Virus record (IMG/VR): IMGVR_UViG_3300010158_000051
Location: 13,820 to 77,819 of that record
Source of the DNA: a virus
Direction: 5' to 3' (one strand)
Length of the DNA stretch: 64,000 nt
The translations under genes and the position numbers were made by a program. Under the pieces are notes generated by a model. It was not told where the DNA came from and did not search any database. It saw only the letters and a list, made by a program, of their open reading frames with translations. Shown in pieces: positions 38,601 through 49,062 of the stretch (positions are counted from its first letter, which is position 1; every line of letters begins with the position of its first letter).

Positions 38601-39614
38601 ATGAACACGTTCAAGAAGATCAGTGCAGTCGTTGCTACAGTAGTAGCATTCGGTGCACTTTCAACACTTCCAGCAAACGCAGCAGTATCAACAACACTAA
38701 CAGTTGGCGGATCAGCAGCAGCGACAACTGGAGCAACTTCAGCAACAGCAATTGCACTACCAGTTCCAGCAGATAATTCTGTTGATTCAGCAGATGCACT
38801 TAAAATTGCAGTTACAGGACTTGATACAGGTACAACAGTATCTGCAGTCGCATCAAACGCAACAATCGTACCAGCACTTGCAACAGTAGCAACACCTGTT
38901 ACTGCAGCATCAGGTTCGGCATCACTTTCTGTTTCAACAGGAACAGGAACAACAGCAGAATTTTTTGTTTACACAAAGACTTCAGCAGTTGGCTCAGTGT
39001 CAGTGACTATCGCTGGAAACACAACAGTATATTATGTACAAGGTACCGCAGGTGCTTTGAACTCTATTACTCTTACAGCTCCTGCAACAGCAGCAGCAGG
39101 TACAACACAGAAGATCACAGTTGCAGGATACGATGTATTCGGTAACGCAAAGTCTGGTGCAACAATCAATACTTTGGTTACAAAGGATGGAGCAGCAACT
39201 GCTACAGCCCTTACAACTGATACAGCAACAGCAACAATTGGAACAAAGACACAAGATATCGTTCTTCCAGCATCAGGTTCAGTAAGCATTACTGCTTATG
39301 CAACAGTTGCTGCAGCGGTTACAGGTCTTTCAACACCAGTTGGCTCAGTAGTTACAACAATTTCAGTTCGTGACCTTGCTGGAGAATTGGCATCAATTAC
39401 AGCACAGCTTGCAGCAGAAAAGGCTGGACGTGCAGCAGATAAGGTAGCAGCAGATAAGGCACTTGCAGATGCAAAGGCAACTGCAGCAACTGCAGCAACA
39501 ACTGCATCAGCAGCAGCAGATCTTGCAACAGCAACATATAAGGCAGAGTACAATGCTCTTGCTACAAAGTGGAACAAGGCTCATCCAAAGGCTAAGGTTG
39601 CACTAAAGAAGTAA
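38601..39614 (+). CDS. Secreted Ig-like/S-layer-like surface protein with C-terminal coiled coil
   Basis: Signal peptide ending ANA-A, Ala/Thr-rich, strongly biased GCA/ACA codons. Confidence 0.7.
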   Translation: MNTFKKISAVVATVVAFGALSTLPANAAVSTTLTVGGSAAATTGATSATAIALPVPADNSVDSADALKIAVTGLDTGTTVSAVASNATIVPALATVATPVTAASGSASLSVSTGTGTTAEFFVYTKTSAVGSVSVTIAGNTTVYYVQGTAGALNSITLTAPATAAAGTTQKITVAGYDVFGNAKSGATINTLVTKDGAATATALTTDTATATIGTKTQDIVLPASGSVSITAYATVAAAVTGLSTPVGSVVTTISVRDLAGELASITAQLAAEKAGRAADKVAADKALADAKATAATAATTASAAADLATATYKAEYNALATKWNKAHPKAKVALKK

Positions 39615-39627
39615 TCAAGCTCACCTT

Positions 39628-39660
39628 GGGGGACGGGAATTTAATTGTCCCGTCCTCTTT
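39628..39660 (+). terminator. Intrinsic terminator
   Basis: GGGGACGGGA...TCCCGTCCTC-TTT. Confidence 0.7.
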
Positions 39661-39680
39661 GGTTTAATAAAGGAGATATT

Positions 39681-39917
39681 ATGGCTGACATTCCATTGTC
39701 AATGAATGAACTAGAAGATATTGCAACAGAAGTAGCAAGAGAATTGTTAGAACAATGGGCAATTGATGATAGATTTACAGAAGAGCAAGAACTTGAAGCA
39801 GCACAAAATGCAGCAAGTGATGCCATATTTGTTATTAACAGATTTATGGAAGCTTTTAATGATCATATGATGATTAAAGCAGAGCAAGTACCAACAAAGT
39901 TAGTACTACCAGAATAA
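39681..39917 (+). CDS. Hypothetical protein
   Basis: AAGGAG RBS before ATG 39681. Confidence 0.65.
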   Translation: MADIPLSMNELEDIATEVARELLEQWAIDDRFTEEQELEAAQNAASDAIFVINRFMEAFNDHMMIKAEQVPTKLVLPE

Positions 39918-39931
39918 TTATTTAACAATAG

Positions 39932-39970
39932 AAAAGAGCTATAGCATAAACGCTATAGCCCTTCTTTATT
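39932..39970. terminator. Bidirectional terminator between convergent genes
   Basis: AAAAGAGCTATAGC-ATAAAC-GCTATAGCCCTTCTTT. Confidence 0.6.
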
Positions 39971-39975
39971 TCTAT

Positions 39976-40272
39976 TTACTTCTTTGCTTTTGCTCTGCGT
40001 GTTTCAACTTCAACATCTGCAACAGATGGTTCTGCTGCATCAATTGTTGAGAATGCAGAATTAATTTCATCTGCAGTTAGCTTTCCGTCGTCCATAAATG
40101 CACGAGCTAGCTTTTCAATTACCGCTGCTACTGCTGTAAGTCCAGCTACAGTGATTGCTTTTGCTGTAGAGATACCTGCAATTGCTCCAGCACCAATAAC
40201 AGCAAGGCCATTTGCAGCAAATACTGCAACAATACGCATTAGTATATTTTTAATATTTTTTACGCCGTTCAT
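39976..40272 (-). CDS. Membrane protein
   Basis: Two hydrophobic helices and a 'DDGKLTADEIN' EF-hand-like segment. Confidence 0.7.
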   Translation of the reverse strand: MNGVKNIKNILMRIVAVFAANGLAVIGAGAIAGISTAKAITVAGLTAVAAVIEKLARAFMDDGKLTADEINSAFSTIDAAEPSVADVEVETRRAKAKK

Positions 40273-40273
40273 G

Positions 40274-40459
40274 TTATTCTCCTTCCTTTGGGTTACGTAA
40301 TCTTAGTGTGATGATCCATAGAACAAAAGACACTAAAGTTACTTTTCCAATTACTGTTTTAGCAGATCCAGTGAGAACCAACCATGCTGAAAATAATCCA
40401 ACAAATGTCCAAATCTCACTGAAAAAATCTGCAGATATATCTTTAAAGAATTGCTTCAT
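40274..40459 (-). CDS. Small membrane protein
   Basis: Two TM segments, coupled to the upstream gene. Confidence 0.65.
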   Translation of the reverse strand: MKQFFKDISADFFSEIWTFVGLFSAWLVLTGSAKTVIGKVTLVSFVLWIITLRLRNPKEGE

Positions 40460-42192
40460 TATCCGAACCTCCTTCTAACGGCAGCGACCACTACAGTCAA
40501 TACCAGTATTTTTTTAGCTTTTTTTCTTGTTATAGGCGACATATCGTTTCCAATATTAGCCATTGCTGTGTAGGCTGCACCTACTGCTTGCACTGCTTGC
40601 CCAGCTCCTGGGATAGCATTAAGTGCTGCAGGTAAGAACGTACATTGTGAAATCGGATGTTCTTCTCCGTTTACATCTAAATGTATTTCTTTGCCATCTT
40701 TTGTGATTGTTTCGCAGACATACGTCATTAATACAGGCACAGCAATATCAGGGGCATTAAATGTTGTACCGCCAGGTTGACCAATAAATGTAGCAGTGGT
40801 TGTAATTGCATCTGCAGGAATAGGAAGACCTGATCCTGGAGGTGGGGCGGGAGGAGTAAGTTTGCCATTTTCTCCTACTACTTGAGGTGCAGACTTAGTA
40901 CCAAAAAATTCAATACCACCATTTTCTACACCTGCTTTATCTACTTGTATATGTGCTACCAATACTTCTTTAGGTGCTTCTTTAACTACAGTATCTAAAA
41001 GTTGATCTGGATTATTAGGTTTTAAACCAGTTTGCTCTTCAATTTTTTTATCTTCTTCTGCTTGAATTGCTTTTTCTTCTGCAATCTTTGCATCTTGTTC
41101 TGCCTTAGCATCTATTACTTGTTGTTCTTTATCTGCTTTTTCTTGAGCAATTCTATCTTCTTCAGCTTGTTGTTTATCAACTTCTGCTTGAGCATTTGCT
41201 TCTTCTTGTGCAATACGATCAGCTTCATCTTGTGCCATTTGTTCTTCTAAAATTTTATTAGCTTCTTCTTGTGCAGCCGCTTTAGCTTCTGCAGCAATCT
41301 TATCGGTTTCAGCTTTTGCATTTATCTCTGCTTGTATTCTTGCTTCTTCTGCCGCAATTGCTGCAGCATTTTCTGCTTCTTTTGCAGCAAGCTCCGCTGC
41401 TATTTTATCCGCTTCCGCTTTTGCTGCTGCCGCTTCTGCAATTTTATTTGCTTCGGCTTGCGCTGCTGCTGCTTGTTGTGCAATTAATGCTGCTGCTTCT
41501 GCTTGTATTCTTGCCGCTTCTGCTTGTTGAGCAGATAACTGGGCTGCTACTTGTGCCGCAATTTCAGCTGCCGTTGGTCCAGATGGCTCTATTGCAACTG
41601 GTGTAGGTGGTGGTGTTTGAGTTGCAACTGGTGTGGGTGTAGGCGTTGGTGTAGGTGTAGGCGTTGGTGTGGGTGTAGGCGTTGGTGTGGGTGTAGGCGT
41701 TGGTGTGGGCGTTGGTGTGGGTGTTGTTACGGTTGCAGTCTCACTTGGAGTAGGTGTTGGAGAGGGTGTAGGTGTAGGAGCAACGGTAGAAATATTTGCA
41801 ATATTTGATGCTGAAGAATAAGCATGAAGTGTATCATTGTCAGATCTAATACTAAATGACCATACTGTTCCTGCAGGACAAATGCTATCTAAAAAAGATT
41901 TAGGAAGTGTCATTGTTGTTTTTAGGGCAGATGCGTCTCCACCATTTCCTGTTGCAATTCCGTAACCACCGCCACCTCCGCTAAACATAATAGCGTATCT
42001 TTCTGGTTGAACTGTTGCTGTGCCAGATTCTGGTGCATTCCATGTAAGAGTAAATGAAGTATTAGTTTCTGTAATAGTTAAATTAGTTGGTGCTCCGATA
42101 GATTGACCATCAGCTTGGGCGGGAGCCATAAACATCCATCCCATTGATAATAGACTAACTAAGAATATATGAAATTTAATCTTTCTGGTCAT
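40459..42192 (-). CDS. Exported FN3 / (PT)n / TolA-like coiled-coil surface protein
   Basis: Signal peptide (AQA), FN3 domain, long PT repeat, A/E/K/Q helix, hydrophobic-basic C-terminus. Confidence 0.75.
   Translation of the reverse strand: MTRKIKFHIFLVSLLSMGWMFMAPAQADGQSIGAPTNLTITETNTSFTLTWNAPESGTATVQPERYAIMFSGGGGGYGIATGNGGDASALKTTMTLPKSFLDSICPAGTVWSFSIRSDNDTLHAYSSASNIANISTVAPTPTPSPTPTPSETATVTTPTPTPTPTPTPTPTPTPTPTPTPTPTPTPTPVATQTPPPTPVAIEPSGPTAAEIAAQVAAQLSAQQAEAARIQAEAAALIAQQAAAAQAEANKIAEAAAAKAEADKIAAELAAKEAENAAAIAAEEARIQAEINAKAETDKIAAEAKAAAQEEANKILEEQMAQDEADRIAQEEANAQAEVDKQQAEEDRIAQEKADKEQQVIDAKAEQDAKIAEEKAIQAEEDKKIEEQTGLKPNNPDQLLDTVVKEAPKEVLVAHIQVDKAGVENGGIEFFGTKSAPQVVGENGKLTPPAPPPGSGLPIPADAITTTATFIGQPGGTTFNAPDIAVPVLMTYVCETITKDGKEIHLDVNGEEHPISQCTFLPAALNAIPGAGQAVQAVGAAYTAMANIGNDMSPITRKKAKKILVLTVVVAAVRRRFG
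41629..41724 (-). repeat. Hexamer tandem repeat encoding (Pro-Thr)n
   Basis: GGTGTR/GGCGTT units. Confidence 0.9.
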
Positions 42193-42276
42193 TTTGACCC
42201 CCAAATAAAGCATATTTAACTATTTAATTATAACATTTGTGTTGACAAAAACATAAGTTGGATGGTACACTTAAGC

Positions 42277-42588
42277 GTGGACATTAAAGCAGCCGAAGAA
42301 TATATTATAGAAACAACAGATGTTGATCTTAAAATTGAAAACAAAACAGAAAATAAACCCCCATGTCCTTGTAGCACTTGTGCTAAATCAAGACAATGGG
42401 AGCGGGATCAAATTATAGATGCACTCTTAACGCACAAACGTGAGTATCTTGTATACAGAGGCTCATCATTTGATGCAGATGGAAACTTGTATTTTGCTAA
42501 AGATGATGCCTTAGCTTATTCAGAAGGTATTGATGCCGTAATAAAATTTATTGAAGATAGGAAACCTAAAGTTGCCAAAAGAAAATAA
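42277..42588 (+). CDS. Hypothetical protein
   Basis: Follows a TTGACA/TACACT promoter. Likely GTG start. Confidence 0.5.
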   Translation: MDIKAAEEYIIETTDVDLKIENKTENKPPCPCSTCAKSRQWERDQIIDALLTHKREYLVYRGSSFDADGNLYFAKDDALAYSEGIDAVIKFIEDRKPKVAKRK

Positions 42589-42933
42589 CGATATTGATTG
42601 GATCAAACACGAACATCCTAATTGGTTTAAACGTACATATAGCAACATTATGGGAAAAATTTCACATATATTTCTTATTCAATATTTAAAATGGGGAACT
42701 ACATTTGAGTGGAGCATGGAAGAGGACATAGATAAAGATGAGTACTGAATCTGGTTTTGATGCATACATCAAACGAATTATGGACGAGAATAAAGAAATT
42801 CTTGAAGCCCTTGGATCAGATTTTGATGAAGAAGGAATTCCTTATTGGGAAAAATGGGGCAAGGGTAAAGAAACTAGATTTGATGCTGAATACCCTATTG
42901 ACAAGACACAATAGTAAATGGTAGACTAAGGTC

Positions 42934-43419
42934 ATGCAAACATTCCTTCCTTATGGTGATTATGAAGCCTCAGCTCAAACACTAGATAATAAAAGATTAA
43001 ATAAACAAATACTTGAAGGATATCAAATTCTTAAAGTATTATCTAACGCTTCGCCTTCAGGTGCTTGGCGTAATCATCCTGCAGTACTAATGTGGAAAGG
43101 CTCAGAGAAAGAACTTCTTGCCTACCTTGATCACATGATTTATGAAGCTAATTGGCGGGGTATCAAGACAGATAAAAATGCAGCTAACATTAAAGAACTT
43201 AAAAGACAATATGGTAATCAATGGGGTGAAAACATTCCATCTTGGATGGAGGATGTAGAAAAACTTAGACGTGTAACTACTACTCATCAAGTTAATCTAT
43301 TTAATAAAGATTCAATAGCGTATGCTGGATTTAAACAATCTTTGAACAGTTCATATAATCAACCATGTTGCCCAAAATGTCTATACTTTTGGCCTACTCA
43401 TCCATTAAAGAAAAAATAA
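42934..43419 (+). CDS. Pyrimidine-dimer DNA glycosylase-like protein (MSMEG_6728 family)
   Basis: 'MQTFLPY...LDNKRLNKQILE..QI...WRNHPAVLMW'. Confidence 0.85.
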   Translation: MQTFLPYGDYEASAQTLDNKRLNKQILEGYQILKVLSNASPSGAWRNHPAVLMWKGSEKELLAYLDHMIYEANWRGIKTDKNAANIKELKRQYGNQWGENIPSWMEDVEKLRRVTTTHQVNLFNKDSIAYAGFKQSLNSSYNQPCCPKCLYFWPTHPLKKK

Positions 43420-45664
43420 TGGGTGCATACAATCGTTGTCCCGATTGTGGGAGTTTAAAGAAGCGTCACATGCCATTAGGGGATAAAAAGGTGTGCATTG
43501 ATTGTTATAATGAATATGCAGCATTTGCATGGTTAAAGGAGCAAAAAGAAAAAGATGGATAAAAAAAAGTTAAGAATGGGAATAAAAAAGGCACAAACAA
43601 TGAAAAAATGCGATCACACTTGGTATATGAAAGAGCCAGAAATCCAATGTACGAAATGTCTAGAAGTCTGGGAAAGTGATGACAAATGACCCACGATTGC
43701 ATATTTAATTTAGATTTAGATGGGCAGGTAACTTGTTCTATATGTGGCGCGATGGATGATGATATGGATAATAGTATGTTTGAAACACAGGTGGATTTTG
43801 AATGAATGAACGAGAGTTGAGAGAAGAATTAGTTAAGCAGCTTGAAGTCCTTAAATACAAGGTGGATGGCACCCCAATGGAGTCCATAATGGCTCATTTA
43901 TGGGTAAATAAGTGTATAGAGATTGTAAGACCGAAAGATTGAGCAAAAAGCAGGAAGGATATTTGCCTTGTCAGGATTACCCAAATACGGTATAATTAAT
44001 ACGGTATGGTAAGGTGGTTGAATTTATGGGTTGGTTATTTTTGCCGTTGGCAATAAATTTCTTTTTTCTTTGGAAACTAGAAAAACACGATCATGATATG
44101 GCTAAAAAGCACTTTGGCGAATTATATAAACAATACGAGAAGTTAGGCAAAAAATATGAAAAAGAACAACGTAAAAACATCGCAGCGGGGATTAAAGAGA
44201 GATTCAAAAAACAAAGCCCGAATAATCAGGGCTAATAAAAAACGGGATTGGCACCACATGGTAGCCCAAGTAAAGTTTATGCAAGATTATATGAAGAAGG
44301 TACAAGACGGCGGGTCTGGAAGTAAAGATGCCTAAAGAATCAAGTATAATGAAGATGGATTGGAAAGCTTTAGGCTATTGGCCTGTATATAAAGATGGTA
44401 AATTAGTTTGGGAGAAACAAAAATGAACTGGATACAAGCAGCAGTAATATTTGGTCCAATTATATTCCTATTAGTTGCCTTTTGGGATGACATTAAATGA
44501 GCGAAAATAATGGAACAGTATTGTTTGTTTGTCCCTCATGTGGCAAGTCAAACAGAATAAAATATAATGATAAGATAGTCTGTAATAGTTGCATATACGG
44601 GGAGAAGAAATGAGCGAAAAAGTGGAAAACAACATAATCAATTTACCCATAGAAAATAAGGTCACAGATGAGGAATTTAACCTATTTATGGAAGCTTTGT
44701 TAGGACCATATAAGGGTGGAGGATATAACCCAGAATGAGTTACATGCACACATATGAGTACGAATGCACATGCGGATACAAGGTAAAGATGGAGATCCAT
44801 AAGGTCCTTGATAAGCATCATAATCAGTGCGTTTGCGGGAATACAATGGATTTAAACTTCTATATGAGAAGTCCAGATACGAGAGCGGAATAAAATGGAA
44901 ACCAAAGAAAAGACAGTTTGTTATACATATAAGGTAGAGATGATTGTCCAAGTATTGGCTGATAGTGAAGAGAAAGCTAAGGCTATGCTAGATGATAAGG
45001 GTGGATATGTAACCCGTCGTAAAGTCTCAATTATAGACTCAGTAGCCCTGCACAGCGGGGATACTCTAAAAGTAGCAAAGGGCGGGAATGATAAGTAATA
45101 CTGAATGGCTTATACTAGGCATAATGCTCCCTTATACTATAGTAATAGTACTAGGTATACATAGATATGAAGCTAAGCTTAAGAGAATAAAAAATGATCT
45201 AGATATTCTAGAAACAGATTTTTTTGACTTATATAATGAATACTGCAATAAGAGCTCAAATGCACAACATTACACTCAAATTCAGCTAGATAATATAGAC
45301 CTACGTAAGACCATATCCGACCTAGATGTTGCCAATAAGTTGCTTCAACAGCAAAATAGGCAATTAAAGGAATCTCTAGCCCAATCCCGCCTTCCCCAAT
45401 ATGAGTCTAGTGTCTATCAGAATAATCTATGGGCTAATCAACAAGAGTTAGAATTAGAACACAAATACATTAAGGATAAACCATGAGCTTCGTAATACTT
45501 GCAGTGATTATATTGATTTTAATTGCAGTTGTTCCGTTAGATAATGATAAGTAAAGGAAATATGGATTATTTAAAAAAGATTCCCACCGAATGTAAGCAC
45601 AAGATAACAGTTGTAGATCAAAAACTTATCTGTGCTTATTGTGGTGAAGCAATTAAACTATAAT
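43399..45664 (+). other. Cluster of very small hypothetical ORFs (e.g. 44014-44235, 44895-45098, 45088-45486 and several under 60 aa)
   Basis: Back-to-back short ORFs with overlapping ATGA junctions. No recognisable family. Confidence 0.5.
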
Positions 45665-45696
45665 AAGATAAATATACATTATATAAGCTATATTCT

Positions 45697-45732
45697 ATGG
45701 TTTAAAGTGGAGTAAAGTGGAGTATTGTGGAG
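45697..45732 (+). promoter_or_regulatory. MraZ-type direct repeats (GTGGAG x3, 10-bp period)
   Basis: ATGGTTTAAA-GTGGAGTAAA-GTGGAGTATT-GTGGAG. Confidence 0.65.
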
Positions 45733-45773
45733 AATAAATACAGTAGTTATTATTTATTTAACAATTCATTATA

Positions 45774-45789
45774 TGTTTCACGTGAAACC
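45774..45789. promoter_or_regulatory. parS (ParB-loading) site
   Basis: TGTTTCACGTGAAACC, a 15/16 match to TGTTTCACGTGAAACA. Confidence 0.8.
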
Positions 45790-45848
45790 ATGTTATAGAA
45801 CGATACATGATGGCGTTCGTAATGTCAAGTCCATATACGCATAAAATA

Positions 45849-45864
45849 TGTGATTAATATCACA
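45849..45864. promoter_or_regulatory. CRP/GlxR box (first of 9 perfect copies)
   Basis: TGTGA-N6-TCACA at 45849, 45948, 52398, 53798, 54940, 55214, 57415, 58022 and 58137. Confidence 0.75.
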
Positions 45865-46202
45865 CATAATATGCCTATAAAATTGGACAAAATAGGACAA
45901 AATGTACACAAAATAGGGTTATTTTGTCCATATATTGAGATATATTGTGTGAATTTGATCACATTTAATGTATCTCTATTTTTGTATACATTATATGATC
46001 AACATCACACTTTATATGCTTGACTTCCAGCGAAATTTATGCATCTTCGTAATGTCTGCATATTTGAATATACATTTATATAGACATATGTTTCTCCAGG
46101 TATTATTTGGTATGTTCGTAATGTCTGGAAAGTTCCAGCGAAATTCCCGCCCCTTCGTAATGTCTGGATCTGAGCTACGCCTGCTCCTGCGTTTGGAAAT
46201 GC

Positions 46203-46237
46203 GAGAGACCCCCACACCCAACATGTGGAGGTCTCTC
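46203..46237. terminator. Hairpin ending the leftward gene block
   Basis: GAGAGACC-CCCACA...TGTGGA-GGTCTCTC. Confidence 0.5.
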
Positions 46238-46267
46238 TTGGACTTGGCGGAAAAGCCTGAACGCCCG

Positions 46268-46561
46268 TTATGTCAGCATGAACTCATTCATTGGTTCATC
46301 TTTTCTGACCATTCCCGTAAGGCCCAACTCCTCTAAGGAATACTTTAATTGCTTACACATCTGGTGAATTTCTACCAGTGGCATTGGTACCATTTCTTGG
46401 TCAGCCATTAGGATTACATAGTTAACTAAATAACCTAACATGGCCTCATTTACGTAGCGGTTTTCTCTTGTCATTTTAAGTGCAAGAATAGCGGGACTAA
46501 CTCTTTGGTCCGCCAACCCTGCAGTAATCTTGTCATGTAGTTTTTGGTCAACGCTTGCCAT
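46268..46561 (-). CDS. Hypothetical early protein
   Basis: GAGGAG RBS and TAATG coupling. Confidence 0.65.
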   Translation of the reverse strand: MASVDQKLHDKITAGLADQRVSPAILALKMTRENRYVNEAMLGYLVNYVILMADQEMVPMPLVEIHQMCKQLKYSLEELGLTGMVRKDEPMNEFMLT

Positions 46562-46743
46562 TATGGATACTCCTCTTCGAAAGACAATGGTATCATATCA
46601 TCTTCTAACTCGTCAACTCCTAAATCAATAAGTAACTTGGCTATGATGTTATGAGCTGCGATATTCTCAGTCTCGGACCCACCCCATAAAAGCTTTTGGG
46701 CAAGTGCCAACTGACGATTTAGATGCTGATCACTGATCTTCAT
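46561..46743 (-). CDS. Hypothetical early protein
   Basis: Operon coupling. Confidence 0.55.
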   Translation of the reverse strand: MKISDQHLNRQLALAQKLLWGGSETENIAAHNIIAKLLIDLGVDELEDDMIPLSFEEEYP

Positions 46744-47095
46744 CTTCTTCCTCCTCAAGGTCTTCTACGGGGATAACGATATCTCTATCAATCATCCAGT
46801 CCCATATGTGCTCGTCTAGGTCTTCTGTTCCATACTCCAGTGTGAAGCCATTCTTGTCTGCATCTTCCCAGAACATTTTAAATATATCATGCATCTCAAG
46901 GCCAGGCTTGATAACATATTCATCATCAACGTTTTCCAAATGATTCTTGTACTTGTCAACAACTATATCCCAGGTCCATACCCAAACCAGGGACGGGAAT
47001 ACAGGAAGGTCTGTAATCAATGCTGATATAGTCTGTAACTTATCATAGATATCCCACATACGTGTTTCATCTTGTAGATCTAATTCATTATCCAT
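46730..47095 (-). CDS. Acidic hypothetical early protein
   Basis: GAGGAG RBS. Confidence 0.65.
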   Translation of the reverse strand: MDNELDLQDETRMWDIYDKLQTISALITDLPVFPSLVWVWTWDIVVDKYKNHLENVDDEYVIKPGLEMHDIFKMFWEDADKNGFTLEYGTEDLDEHIWDWMIDRDIVIPVEDLEEEEDEDQ

Positions 47096-47175
47096 TTAGC
47101 ACTCCTCACATAGTACATCGCCATAGGGAATAGATTTCCCACATTCACAACACCAGTCTTCATCATACATTCCCA

Positions 47176-47451
47176 TTATCCTTTTGCCTCCCTATCAGCA
47201 ATTGCAAAACTTAGGTCATATGTCATTTTATATAGTGCAGTTAAAGCGTCAAGGAAGCCTTCTGCATATTTTCTTTCAAACCCGTCCATTGCGTCAGAGT
47301 AGTCATTCTCTTCCTCAACTTCAACAGCATTTGAGTACTCTTGCTCCCAGATAAGCATTAGGTTCTTAAGTTCACCGTGCATTATATCTAGTGGGTTAAT
47401 CTTGTAATTAACCAAACGTTGTAAATGTGGTGCCAACTCTTGCTTTTCCAT
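47176..47451 (-). CDS. Hypothetical early protein
   Basis: TAATG coupling. Confidence 0.65.
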   Translation of the reverse strand: MEKQELAPHLQRLVNYKINPLDIMHGELKNLMLIWEQEYSNAVEVEEENDYSDAMDGFERKYAEGFLDALTALYKMTYDLSFAIADREAKG

Positions 47452-48236
47452 TATGATTCTACCTTTCGATATTCAGGGACTTTGGTTTCCAAGTATACAC
47501 TGTGGGTCTGACATTCTGCTACAGCCTCAAGGTCTGCCTCGCCAAGCCAATTGCAGTTACTACAGATTTCACCACATTCATTTTCGCAATAATCTAATGT
47601 ATTATATGAATCACAATCTCTGCATTGATTATCATATTCAACTAGTTCTTTTACATTACCACGAACAATCTCATACTCCCCACCCCAACCTGTCTCTTCC
47701 TCAAATTCTAAAGTAAGCAGGCAGTTAGGAACAAGATTAGATAGTTTAGTTAAGATAGTTACAGCAGGTGACCATGCTGTTTCATATTTGTAGACAAGCC
47801 AGTTATCTTCGCCTTCTGATTTATATTCAAGTAACTCCGTATTTGGATACTCATCTTCATCACGAACGGCTACATCCCATTTGGTTCCCCAATTTGAGTT
47901 GTTCCATGAATACCAGTCTTTTTGAGTTTTTGCATGTGCAACTTCTTGTGCAAACCAATTAGGGTCTTTCATATCTGCCCCAGACCGTGTAGGTTGGCAA
48001 GCATATTCCTCATCTGTAATACCGTCGTCTTTATACGAATGGATATTAAAGAAAGAGAATACAGGATTAGAGTAACTAACCTGTGTAACTTTGGTCGGGA
48101 ATCCAGAAGATGAAATATCACCCATACCATATGTCTCTTGTGCTAATGTAAAAGGTTTATTCAATCTATCCTTAATCATATCAACTTCTGATTTAGGACC
48201 TTGTATAGTTAATGTGTTATATACCCAGTTTGGCAT
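47451..48236 (-). CDS. DUF1281/YubB-like ferredoxin-fold protein with C-terminal Cys cluster
   Basis: 'MPNWVYNTL', 'WYSWNNSNWGTKWD' and 'YETAWSP'. Confidence 0.75.
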   Translation of the reverse strand: MPNWVYNTLTIQGPKSEVDMIKDRLNKPFTLAQETYGMGDISSSGFPTKVTQVSYSNPVFSFFNIHSYKDDGITDEEYACQPTRSGADMKDPNWFAQEVAHAKTQKDWYSWNNSNWGTKWDVAVRDEDEYPNTELLEYKSEGEDNWLVYKYETAWSPAVTILTKLSNLVPNCLLTLEFEEETGWGGEYEIVRGNVKELVEYDNQCRDCDSYNTLDYCENECGEICSNCNWLGEADLEAVAECQTHSVYLETKVPEYRKVES

Positions 48237-48261
48237 TGTTCTTACTTTCTCTTAGTTGGGG

Positions 48262-48450
48262 TTAGTTATCTGAATCTAATTCAGCGATGATTTCATTACA
48301 AGCATAAGCGATTTCGTTGAATACTAAGTCGCCTTCTGCATTTACTGATGATAGGGCTTCAATGTCCATTTGAGTTTGGATAATACCTGCCTCATCTGTG
48401 AGTTCGGGTAGTTCAATGTAGTATTTAGCAGATACATAAAATCCAGCCAT
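48262..48450 (-). CDS. Hypothetical early protein
   Basis: GAAAGGA RBS downstream of a TGTCAG promoter. Confidence 0.65.
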   Translation of the reverse strand: MAGFYVSAKYYIELPELTDEAGIIQTQMDIEALSSVNAEGDLVFNEIAYACNEIIAELDSDN

Positions 48451-48485
48451 TTTGTTTCCTTTCGTTGGTTTATTGTCCTATTGTA

Positions 48486-48728
48486 TCAGAGGGCACTGAC
48501 ATTTTCAATAGCATCTTGCTTAAAGTACCAGCCAAGTGACCTGATTGATAGGTTAATCTCTGATTCAGGATACCTCTTGATCATCCAGTTCAAAGCTTGG
48601 GCGGGATTCCGAAATTCAGCATAGGAACTATGATATAGAGAATCCCTTATATCTAAACCCCACATGTTTATTCCACCTGGGGAACATGAATAATCAATTT
48701 CGTAAAGTTCTGCATTCATAGGGTTCAT
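48486..48728 (-). CDS. Hypothetical early protein (possibly leaderless)
   Basis: TAGACA...TATTAT promoter directly upstream. Confidence 0.55.
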   Translation of the reverse strand: MNPMNAELYEIDYSCSPGGINMWGLDIRDSLYHSSYAEFRNPAQALNWMIKRYPESEINLSIRSLGWYFKQDAIENVSAL

Positions 48729-48906
48729 AATACCATATCGTAAAGGTTACTGTCTAGTAGCATCTCATTATATGAGATATATTTCATGTGATAAATATCA
48801 CGTCTTCATAATCCCGTGATTAAATATACATATCCGTAATGTCCGATTTGTATGCTTTTGTCGGCACGGCTGTGCCCACTTTGTCAAGTGGGACACGCCT
48901 GGCTAT

Positions 48907-49062
48907 TTAATCAAAATATCCTTCTGCCCAAAGCCCATCCAAAAAGCTTTTCACCATGTTTAATCCAATAGTGATTCCTTCTTGTGCAGGTGGAATATAA
49001 AGCTTTGATTGTTCTACCATGTCAGACATGATGTTTAGATCTTCTAAATCATACCCCAACAT
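48907..49062 (-). CDS. Hypothetical early protein
   Basis: AAGGA RBS before ATG 49062. Confidence 0.55.
   Translation of the reverse strand: MLGYDLEDLNIMSDMVEQSKLYIPPAQEGITIGLNMVKSFLDGLWAEGYFD

Noticed and set aside
41032-41821. (GV)n, Cys/Phe-rich and Leu-rich ORFs
   Set aside because: Antisense shadows of the (PT)n and coiled-coil repeats.
43968-43996. TTGTCAG near TATAAT as another PafBC-type promoter
   Set aside because: Spacing fits an ordinary -35 (TTGTCA-N17-TATAAT), not TGTCAG-N10.
45936-45951. NrdR box
   Set aside because: Only a partial match (ACACAATATAT on the minus strand) in AT-rich DNA, and no convincing box upstream of nrdJ.
45968-46336. ORFs 45968-46336, 46005-46217 and 46012-46224
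   Set aside because: No RBS, and their peptide repeats simply mirror the TTCGTAATGTC DNA motif. The region is best read as non-coding.
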